Shown one piece after another: positions 37,250-47,700 of a stretch of 64,000 nucleotides of DNA. This DNA is from Cyanophora paradoxa CCMP329 (lineage: Eukaryota > Plantae > Glaucophyta): positions 310,001 to 374,000 of the forward strand of contig QPMI01000036.1 in assembly GCA_004431415.1 (NCBI GenBank), written 5' to 3'. Position 1 is the stretch's first letter. Each line of letters opens with the position of its first letter. The notes below the pieces were generated by a model. That model was not told where the DNA came from, ran no database searches, and was given only the letters and a program-made list of their open reading frames with translations. The position numbers were made by a program, and so were the translations under genes.

Positions 37250-40200
37250 TCGGACCAGTCGGCGTTCCTCGCGATGAACCAACGGGACGACTACTCGCGT
37301 GGATCCGCGAGAAGCTCGTCCCGCTCCTCCGCCCCGACGACTCCCTCGCCCTCTTCCTGTCCGCCCTCCTCGCTCGCTCACCGCGCGCCGCGGGACACGC
37401 GCTGACGGCGCCGGGGCACGCGCAGGCGGCCGGTGGGCCTCATGCGGCTGAGGCAGGTGCGGACGCGGCGGCGGGGCGAGTGCGTGTCGACGCCCCGCAA
37501 CCTCGTCGCCGACCTCTTCCCCCCCGACGCGTGCGCCCCCCGGCCCCGCCCCGCACCCGTCCCTGCCGAGGCCGGCGCGCAGGGCGTGCCACCCGCCGTA
37601 CGAGCCGGCATCGGCGCGGGAGAGCGCGGGGACGGAGGAGCGGGAGCCCTTCGAGGGGGCGGCGTCGGGGAGGGTGTACGAGTGGCGGGCGGAGCGTGCG
37701 GAGCTGCTCTCGTCGTGGGCCTACATCCGGGACGCGCACTACTACCCGAGCTACGGCCGCGGCGGCTACGGGGTGGAGCTCGACGCGCAGGACCCCGACC
37801 GCGCCCTCGAGCAGCTCGCCGCCCTCGAGCAGGACGCCTTCATCGACGGTGCGCCGCGCCCCCCGCCCCCCGCCCCGCCCCGTCGGCCCCCGACGGGGCC
37901 GGCAGACTCGACGCGGGCCGTGACGCTCAACCTCGCCTTCTACAACCGCCACACGGGCCTCTACGTCGTCCTCGACCTCCTCGCCGAGCTCCCCACCTCG
38001 GGACTCCTCCTCCCCACCTACCGCGTCCGCGCCATGCGGCTCGAGCTCCTCGAGGACCCCGTGCTGCGCGGCTTCTGCGTCCTCTTCTGCGTCGCCATCG
38101 CCTTCTACGGCCTCTCCGAGATCTTCGAGGCCTGCCCGCCCCCTCCCCGGCCCCGGCCGCGAGCCCGCGCCTGACCCCCGCTCCCAGCTGCGGGTGCGGG
38201 GGTGGCGCAACTACCTCTCGGAGACGTGGAACGTGGTGGAGGTCTGCGCCCTCGTCACCTTCGTCGTCATGATCTGGCTCGCCCGCCCCGCCCCCCCCGC
38301 CCCCTGCCCCCGCCCCGGCGCGAGGGGGCGGGGCGGGGCGCAGCTACTTCACCGACTTGGTGGGCGAGTGCCGGCGGATGCGGGAGGCGATGGCGGAGGA
38401 CGCGGTGGGCCAGTACATCGACTTCCAGCACGCCCGCCGCCTCACCGAGGTCCTCACCGAGCTCGCCGGCATCAACGGTCCCCGCCCCCGCCTCTCCTCG
38501 CGGCGCCGCCGGCCCGCTAAGTCGGGGCGGCAGTGCTGCTGACGGCGATCCGGGTGTTCAAGTTCCTGCGCCTCAACGCGAACCTCTCGATCGTGTGGAC
38601 GACCCTCTCGAAGGCCCGCGACGGTCCGCCCCGCCCCCGCCCCTCTGCACCCCTCCGTGGAGGCGAGGGCGGGGCCGCCGCCGGCAGACCTCGCCTCCTT
38701 CGTGGCGGTCTTCCTCGTCGTCTTCGCGGGGTACGCCTTCATGGGCCACATCATCTTCGGCTACCAGATCCCCCGCGTGCGCCCCGCGCCCCCGCCCCCC
38801 TCGCCCCCTCGCCGAGCGCGCGGGCGGGCAGTTCCACAACTTCACCGCCTCGTTCGCGGCGCTCTTCCGCTTCATCGGGGGCGACTCGGACTACGACGAG
38901 ATGAACGCCGCCAGCCCCGTCTCCGGCATCATCTTCTTCTTCACGTGCGCCCCCGCCCGCGCCCCCGGCCCGCCGCCGCGCGGGGCCGGCTGAGGGGCGG
39001 GGCGGGGGGCGGGGGGGCAGGTTCATCGTGTTCGTGACGTTCATCCTGGTGAACATCTTCATCGCGATCATCAGCAAGTTCTACGGGGACGCGTGCGAGG
39101 AGGCCCAGAAGATCGCGGCCGACGAGGGGGACCTCGCCGCCAAGTCCGAGAACCTCAACTCCTACCAGCTCCTCCGCCGCCTCGAGCTCTTCCTCGAGAT
39201 CGCCGAGGGCGCGGGGAACGACCGCCGCGTCCGCCAAGGCTCCGTCCTCCAGATCTGGTTCAAGGGGAAGCCCAAGGAGGGGGGGGGCAAGGAGGGGGCC
39301 CGCCTCGCGAGGCCGGCGGCGACGCTGCCCCGGGCCGGGAGTGTGCGGACGCTCGTGCAGGCGCACTACGTGGTGCACGGGCGGGAGCCCTTCAAGCGCT
39401 TCGCCTTCCAGATGCTCGAGCCGGCCGAGCACCTCTACATGGACTTCACCGGCTACAACCGCGGCACCGTCAAGCTCCTCGTCAAGGAGGCGCGCCCCCG
39501 CCACGCCTCACCCCGCCCCCCTCTCGCGGCCTCCGACGGGCCGGCCGGCGGCGCGCGCAGATGCGGACGGACGAGACGGGCCAGTACGCCGTCCTTGCCG
39601 TCGCCTCCGTCCCCTCCGCCGCCGCCAGCGAGTGCGAGGTGCTCGCCCCGAGCCGCGGCCGGCGGGGCGGCCTCGAGGCGGGCGGCAGATGGACGCGCTG
39701 ATGCGGCTACGGCTCTCGCGTCGCATCGCCTGGACCAAGGTCATCCTCCGCCTCCTCTTCCCCTCCCTCTTCCGCTTCTCCCGGTCCGCCCCGCCCCTCT
39801 GCCCCCGCCGGCCCCGCCCGACCCGCCACCCGGCAGCTCGCGCCGCCTCTTCGACCAGTACGGCCTCGGCGTGTGGAAGTCCTCCCAGCCCGGCGCCGCC
39901 GACGACGATGAGCCGTGCGGCCACCCGCAGCGCCCCCGCTGGCGCCCCCCGCCTGCGTTGCCGGCCTTCGGGTCTTATGGAAGAGCGCGGGGGGCAGGGT
40001 GTACGGCCTGCGGAGCATGATGCGGACGTGGATCACTGTGCTCTTCCGCCTGGACCGGCGCATCCTGCGGGAGGAGCAGGTGGAGCTGATGATCCGGGAG
40101 ATGGCGCGCGGGGCGCGGGACTTCGCGGCGCAGCGGGGCCACTCGCGGGAGGAGTTCCTGCAGGGCTTCCGCCTCGAGGCCGTCCTCCTGCGCCTCCGCG

Positions 40201-40950
40201 AGCTCGACGAGGGCTGGCGCCGCCGCAAGGCCACCGGCCTCGTCGCCCGCCTCCTCCGCGCCGCCGTCAAGCTCGACACGCGCGCCCCCGCCCCGCCCCG
40301 CCCCGCCCCCGCCCCCGCCGAGCGCCGCGCAGGAAGCTGAAGCTGCTGCGGCGCTGCTGCGACGAGATGGACATCGACCCGCCCGCCGCCGCCGCCGCTG
40401 CTGCGCTGGCCGCCCGGCCGCCCCACCCGCACGCAGTCCGCCCCGCCCGGCCCGCCCCGCCCGTCCTCGCCGTCACGCCCTCCGCCGTCACCATCGTGCG
40501 CTTCCCCGCCCGCCCGCCCCGCCCGCCCCTCCCGCCCCGCCTGACCCAAACGGGCAGCGCGAGGGGCCGAAAATTGCGGCGGGGGGGCGCCCGAGGAGGC
40601 CGCGGGGGCGCCTTTGCCCGGGGCGCTGGAGCCGGCGCACGCGCACGCGCCGGCGCGGCTGCCGCCCCTGCAGCACCGCCTCCGCGGCCCCGCCCTCCGG
40701 CCCCACGCCGCCCTCCCCGACGCCCCCGCGCGCCCCACCCGCCCCCACGCCGCCCCCGCCCCCGCCCCTCCTCCGACCCCTTCCGCCCCGGGCCCAGCGC
40801 CGACCCCGCCGCCGCCGCTGCGGAGGCGCCGAAGCCGGCGGGGCGCCGGCCGCGTCAGGGGTGCTGCGGGCGCTGGAGTGGCACGAGCTGAAGGAGAAGG
40901 AGCGGGGCGAGCTCGTCGTCGCCCTCTACCACGACGTCCGCCCCGCCCCG

Positions 40951-40981
<31 letters not shown>

Positions 40982-42651
40982 CCCCCCGCCCCGCTTCCCC
41001 GAGGGGCCCGCAGTGCCTGCAGGAGGCGGAGGAGCTGCAGCGGGACCTCGAGGACCTGCAGGTCGCCCAGCTGCGCCTGCCCCCGGCCCGCGAGGCCGTC
41101 CGCTTCGATGAGTCCGCCCGCCCCGCACCCCGCCCGGCCCTCGCCGACCCCGCGGGGCCAGGCTGTGCACGCGGATCTCGCTGTGGATCGCGGGGCGGGA
41201 GGGCCCCGGGACGGTCTCGAGCGCCGAGGTCAAGCGCGAGGCCATCCACATCTTCTCCTCCTTCCCCTCGAGTGCTTCGACTTCGTGCGCCGCCCCCGCT
41301 CCCCTCCTCCCCTTCCCGCCCCGCCTACCCCCACCCCACCCCCACCCCTCCCCCCTCCCCCTCCCCCGCTTCCCTCGAGCTACCTCCCCCGACGCCGCGC
41401 GCCCCCGCCGCAGCTCGACCTCAAAGAGGAGATCGCATGGTACCATCCTCGCAAAAATTCGGTCGTCGACGTCGACCGCATCCTCCACACCGACCGGCGC
41501 GCCCCTGCGCCGCCCTACGCCGCGCTTCCCGCTCCGCTGCATGCGGCTGGCGCGCGCTGACTGCGAGCGAAGGGACCCGGTGCACCACTTCACGCCGCTC
41601 ATCGAGTCGCTGGGCCTCATCATCCACGACAACTGGAGCCTCGAGAAGCTGCGCAAGGGCTACCGCCAGGGCCCCCGCAACGACGACGCGAAGAAGGGCC
41701 CCCTTCAGCACCCGATGCTCATCCACTACAAAGACCTCACGGAGAGCGAGAAGTCGTACGACAAGGACATGGCCATCTCCTCCCTCCGCCTCATCGCCGC
41801 GCTGGGGTACACGATCACGCCGCCCCCGGGGGCGGCCAAGGGGCGGAACAAGGACGGGAGCATCCGGCTGGACGTGCACCCGGAGAGCGCGCAGTACGTG
41901 GCGAGCGGGCAGGTGCCGGCGGACTACACGCTCCAGTGGGTCGAGATCACGGAGGCGGACAAGCGGCGCGGCGGCAGGGCCTACCTCGACGACGATCTCG
42001 CCGAGCTCGCCGGTCCCCGCCCCGCCCCGCCCCGCCCCGCGCCCGCCCCCCGCCCCGTGCCCGCCCCCCGCCCCGCGCCCGGCCCGAGGGGAGCGGGGCG
42101 GGGCAGACCTGATGGCGGAGTCGGCGCACGACACGTGGGCGTACGGGCGCAAGAACGAGGGCTGGCGCTTCGACCCCGTCACCGTCGACGGCAAGACTCA
42201 CAAGTGCGACCCGCCCAGGAGAGAGGGAGGGGGGGAGGGGCGGGGGGGGGGGGGGGGGGGGGCGGGGCGGGGGGGGGCCGGAGGAGGGGGGGGGAAGAAG
42301 GAGGAGAGGGGGTGTGGCGGACCTCTCCCCGGCGCCGCGGTGACGACGCGGCCTGCGGCGCAGGCTGCTGAAGCCGTACGGGCTGATGACGGACGAGGAG
42401 AAGGAGTCGGACCTGAACACGGTGGAGGCGACGCTGCGCACCATCCTCAAGCTCGGCTACCGCATCGAGTTCAAGCCGCAGCGCCCCTGGCACTCCCTCC
42501 TCCTCAACAGGCGCGCCGCCCCCGCCCCTCCCGTCCGTCGCCCTCGCGCCCTCTCAGAACTGCGCAGCGTGAACCCCTTCCACTGGTGCCACCCGAGGAG
42601 GAGGTAGCCCCGACGGCTGCCGGTTTGCAGCCCCTCCCTCCCCGCCCCTGA
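37250..42651 (+). CDS. Polycystin-2 (TRPP)-like cation channel with two C-terminal ryanodine-receptor (RyR) repeats; 5' end missing
   Basis: GLMRLRQVRT, YGRGGY, FIDDSTRAVTLNLAFYN, YLSETWNVVE, RVFKFLRLN, GYAFMGHIIFG, FRFIGGDSDYDEM, FILVNIFIAII. RyR repeats IIHDNWSLEKLRKGY..HPMLIHYKDLTESEKSYD..LGYTI and MAESAHDTWAYGRKNEGW..LKPYGLMTDEEKESD..LKLGYRI. Confidence 0.92.
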
Positions 42652-42950
42652 CCCCGCCCCGGCCCTCCCCGGACCCCGCCCCCAGCCCCGTGTCCCACCG
42701 CCGCATGCAAGCTTTTAAGTCATTCATTGAAATCTATTTCGATACGCGATGGATGGTGATCCTCCTGCGGGACGGAGCCGGCGGGCCTTCTCTTTCGCAC
42801 TCCCGAAATCCCGGGTCCCTCGGAGCTCGAGCTCCGTTCGCCCGCGACCTCTCGATCCGCCTGATCTAGACATATAGTAACGTAGAGATATCGATCGCGT
42901 TCTCCTGTATCTCCTCTCCTCGAGATCTCGTTCGCGTTATCCCTCTAGCT

Positions 42951-42964
42951 GTATATATGTATAG
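42951..42964 (+). promoter_or_regulatory. TATA-like box upstream of paralog B
   Basis: GTATATATGTATAG about 62-75 bp upstream of the ATG at 43026. Confidence 0.5.
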
Positions 42965-43025
42965 AGAGCTCGACTTGGCGACCTCTAGAATTTTCTACTG
43001 CCATCAGCGACCGAAGCCAGCAAAA

Positions 43026-43945
43026 ATGCAGCGTGCCTTCTTCGTCACGCCCATCCCGCGCGGCCTAAGCACTGCCGCCGCCCGCCCGCTAGCCGTCAAC
43101 CGCGTCGGCTTCGCCACCCGCGCCTCGGCGGGGTGCATGCGCACGCCGTGACGCGCCGTCTAGATCTCCTGCATGAACCGCGTGAAATTGCGCTTTAATT
43201 TGACGCGAAATGGGTCGCAGGGATGCGTATGGCGGGCGCGCGGGCGGCGATCGCGAGCAGCGCCCGATCGACAAGGCACGGGAGGCTTCCATGGCGCGCT
43301 CCCACGAGGAGAAGAGCGCCGCCGCACGCAAGGTGAGACTCTAGATCTTGCACGGGCGCTGAATCTACCTGTGCAGTCGCGCGCGACGCCGGCTATAGCT
43401 GAAGGTGACGATGGGAATTTCTCGCTCCGCAGGCCGCCGAGACACGCCGCGGGCGGGGGCGGAAAGGCGGCCGCAAGGGCGCTGGGGCCGCCGGCGATCG
43501 GGAGCAGGAGCAGGAGCGGGTCTTCGAGGCGGCGGCGTTCGCTCTGGAGATGGAGGTCCTCGGGCGCCCCGTCGCCCTCGACCCCGCCGCCCTCTACGAC
43601 CCTGCCCACCGCGCCGGCCCCGGGGGCGCGCAGGCACAGGGCAGCGAGCAGAAGCGCACCCCGGGGCCCGTGCGCTGCTTTAAATACCGCAGGTCCAAAA
43701 TTTCGCGGTTTTAATTTTTTTTGCAGGGCCGCACGGCGGAGGAGCGTAGCGAGGCGGCGCGCAAGGGCTGGGCCACGCGGCGCGCAGCGTCGGGCGAGGC
43801 GGGGGAAGATCTAGAGCAGGGGCGCCGGGGCAGAGGCGGGCGCGGAGAGGAGCGCGGCGAAGAAGAGGAGGAGGAGCTTGAGGAGGAGGATGCGAAGTAC
43901 TACGTATACGAGGACCTAGAGGACACCTACCGCTGGGACGACTGA
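43026..43945 (+). CDS. Small four-exon hydrophilic protein with transit-peptide-like N-terminus (paralog B)
   Basis: MQRAFFVTPIPRGLSTAAARPLAVNRVGFATRASAG / ...EQRPIDKAREASMARSHEEKSAAARK / AAETRRGRGRKGG...KRTPGP / GRTAEERSEAARKGWATRR...TYRWDD*. Same intron positions as 19102-19973. Confidence 0.8.
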
Positions 43946-44732
43946 TTCGATGACTTCATCCTATCGCCTAACGCTTGCTATATCCATTGAAGGCCTTCAA
44001 TTTCGATCCGATCCGAAATAATTCGATTGTGTGAACTTGAAATCAATCTTTGATCAGGATCATGAATCTTTAAATTTGCAAAATTGATCCTGATCACATG
44101 AATCCAATCGAAAGATCGAATAAAGATCGAATTCTCTCTCTGAAAAAGATCATGCAGATATCGATCTTCCGAAGTTCTAGATCGACCACTCGGCCAGGCT
44201 CAGCGGCTAGACTAGCAGTAGGCTGAAGCAATCGCAACGACACTGACACTCGCGATCGTTTCGGCTGCTGACTTAAGATCATGCATGCGCACATGACCAG
44301 TGCACGCATCACGACGCAGCCTGCCGCAGTGCACGCGCGGCTGGCCATGGCCCAGTGACCGTCGGACCCAGTGCCTGGCACGCGAGCTGCAGCTGAGTAC
44401 TTCAAGAATGGATCGACCAAGTGCAAGGCCTAGGGAAGCGACCTTCCCCCGAGAGTGAAAGATAATTAGCACAGCATATCATTATACAATAATTCGAGTA
44501 TGTAGAAAGCATAAAACGTAATGAATTCGAAGGTCAACTGCAGGCGCCGCCTGCAGCTGGGAACGTCAATTTGCTAAAAAATCAAAGCCAAAAATGAAGA
44601 CTTGAAGAGACCATCGACCATGGCCACCAATCGCGCGCGCACGAACGTCAACTGACGGTCACAGACGAACGTTGAGGAAAGGCGAACGTCGACGGAGGTC
44701 CTCCCCGCCCCCCGGCCCCCGCCCCCGGGGGA

Positions 44733-47700
44733 TCAGGCCGCTGAGGGCTGGGGCCTGCGGATCTCGACGCGGAAGGGGGCGAGGGCGACGAGGGAGTGCT
44801 GCCCCGGCTCCGGCACCCCCTTGTTGATCGCGCCTGCGCACGCCGGCCGCAGCGCCCGTGAGGCGGCGCGAGGGGCGGAAGCACAGGCGAGGCGGACGCG
44901 AGGCGCGGGGCGCACAGGTGAGGCCGACGACGTAGGTGCGCAGGACCTCGCCCGGGGCGATGCTGCGCGAAGGCCCGGGGTCAAGAGCCTCGAAGAAGGC
45001 GGGGCGGGGCGGGCGCTGGCAGCGAGAGCCGCGGGGCGGACTCGGGGCGGGCGAGGTAGTGGTCGGGGACCTCCCGGCTGAAGTCGCCGACGACGGAGGC
45101 GGGGGCGGCCTCGGGGCCCGCCGCCAGGGCCCACGCCACCCGCCCCGCCCCGAAGGTGAAGTTGCCGGCGGCGCTCACGTCGGGGCCCGCCAGGCCCAGC
45201 TTCGCGTTCATCTCCACCCGCACGTGCGGCCGGCAGTGCCGCAGCAGCAGCCCCGGGCACATCCCCACCACGCTGCGCGCGCGGCGCGAGGGCGGGATCG
45301 GCGCGCGCGGGTGGCCGGGCCGGAGGGGGCGCGCGCACGTCCGGTGAAGGTGCGGGCCGAGGCGGCGGGCTGGGCGTCGAGGGCGGACGAGGGAGGGCGG
45401 CGGGGTCCCCGCGACGGACGTCTCCCACGCCACCGCCGGCAACGGCAGGTACGCCTGCGCGCCCCCTCAGGGCGCCCGCCGCCCCGCGCCCCCCGAGCCG
45501 GCCGCGCGCACGAGGACGCGGACGGGGCAGGAGGAGCCGCGCGGGAAGAGGCGGTGCCGCAGGCGGACGTCCTTGGCGTAGGGCGGGGGGCCGGCGAGGG
45601 CCCACGTCGCGTTCGGCTGCACCCCGGCGTCCTCCCCGCCGCCGGCGCCCTCCTGCACGTAGTCCTCGGGGGCGGCGGGGAGGGGCGGGATGCAGCCGGG
45701 GCCCCACAGGGCGAGGCCGCGCCGCAGGTCGGGGAAGGCGACGGCGCAAGTCGCCGGGTCAATCGGCGCCGCCTGCACGGGCGGCGGGCACTCCTCCGGG
45801 CACAGCTGCCGCCCCGCCTCCCCCACGTAGAGCCCGAAGGAGCAGCGCCCCTCCGGGCCCTGCCTTGCACTTCAGGCGGGCGCCAGGCCGGGCCAACCGC
45901 GGCGGGCGCGCACCGAGTCGGTGGGGTTGTCGATGGTGATGGTGACGGGGATGCCGGTGGCGGGGGAGGGGGCGCCGAGGCCGGCGGCGAGCCACTCGGG
46001 GCTCGTCGGGGCGGCGTCGACGTGCATGGGCAGGAAGGTCCCCTCTCTCGGCTCCTGCGTCACGTTCACGCGCGCGTCCGACCAGTTCCCTGCGCCCCGC
46101 CTCGCCGTCGCCCCGGGCGGGGGCAGCGGGCGGGGGCGGCGGGGCGGGACGGGCCGGCGATGTGAAAGCGGAGGTCGGGCATGCGGGCGCCGCAGAGGGC
46201 CTTCAGAGTGCCGTTGACGGGCACCGCGACGGGCCCCACCCCCGCGATCGTCACGTTCGGCGGGCACGCCACCTGCAGCCCCCCGCCCCGCTCGGCCGGG
46301 CCCCGCGCCGGCACGCGGCCGGCGGCGCGGCCGCCGGCGCCGGCGCACCGGGTACTTCCTCGCCGGGGGCGTCTTGAGCGGGGGGTTGCACTTGTGAGCG
46401 GTCGGCCCGGAGTCGACGCACGATCTCCGGTCGGCGCTCGCGACGGTGCCCAGCTGAGGAGGCTCCGTCGGCACGGAGGGGTGAGGAGCGGGGCGGGCCC
46501 GGCGCGCACGGGGCAGGCCTGGCAGGCGGTGCTGCCTTCCTCCCACGAGATGCTCCCCAGCGGGCACTGCCGGTTCCAGTGGGCGCTGGGGCGGCCGGCT
46601 CGCCCGCCAGCACGCCCGGGGGCGGACCTCGAGGCAGCGGCCGTCGGACTCGTAGAAGCCGGGGCGGCACGGCTCGCAGACGGTGCGGTCGTCGCGGGAG
46701 ACGGTGCCGGGCTCGCAGAGCGCGCAGGCGGCCCAGCCGGGCGAGGGCGCCACGAACTTGAACTCGCACGGGGCGCACGCCGCGTCCCCCGCCCCGCGGA
46801 ACGTGCCCTGCGACCGCGTGGGAAACGTCGGCCGCGAGCGGCGGAGGCGGCAGCCGCCGGCGGGGTCGCGCACGCGGGGGCATGCGGTGCAGGACTTGCG
46901 GTCGATAGACGCGACCGAGCCGGCCTGAGAGAGGGCGGGTTAGATAGTTAGATGGGGCAGGGGTGGGAGGGAGGGTAGGGGGCGCACGGGGCAGGCGCCG
47001 CAGGCGACGCTGGCGTCCGTCCCCGAGACGGATCCGAGGGGGCACTGCGCGCAAGGGCGATGAGAGTGAGCTCCAGAGCGGAGCGGCCCTGCCAGCCTTC
47101 GTTGTCTTTGCTCTAGACCTTAATCCGCTTCCGCGCCCGCGCGCCCGCCCCCCCGAGGGCGAACCTCGAGGCAGCGGCCGTCGGACTCGTAGAAGCCGGG
47201 GCGGCACGGCTCGCAGACGGTGCGGTCGTCCCGGGCGTAGTAGCCGGGGCTGCAAGGCGTACAGCTCGGCGAGCCCTGCAGCGAGACGGCTGCGGCGAGC
47301 GGGCGGGAGCGTGGTCAGAGGGCGGCGACACCGCCGATGCGGCAGAAAGTGCACTTTTCCATGGGCAGATCTGCGCCCCGTGGCGGGCGGGATCAGCGAG
47401 GGCATCAGAGGGGAGATTGTGAGATTGTACAGTGGCACGCACGTCGCAGTCGGTCATGTTTTCGTTGCGGTAGCGCCCGGCGGGGCACGCGAGGCAGAAC
47501 TGCTTCGTGATCGTCGCCACCGATCCCTGCGCGCGCGCCGCCGCGCCGTAGGATAGAAGCGAGGGATTTAGATCCCTCGCGGGTGTGGCGGAGGCGCTGT
47601 AGGATAGAAGCGAGGGATTTAGATCCCTCGCGGGTGTGGCGGAGGCGCTAGGCGTGCTTCCGTTCAAGAAGCGGCGGCGTCCCCCGTTCTCGAGGCGCAG

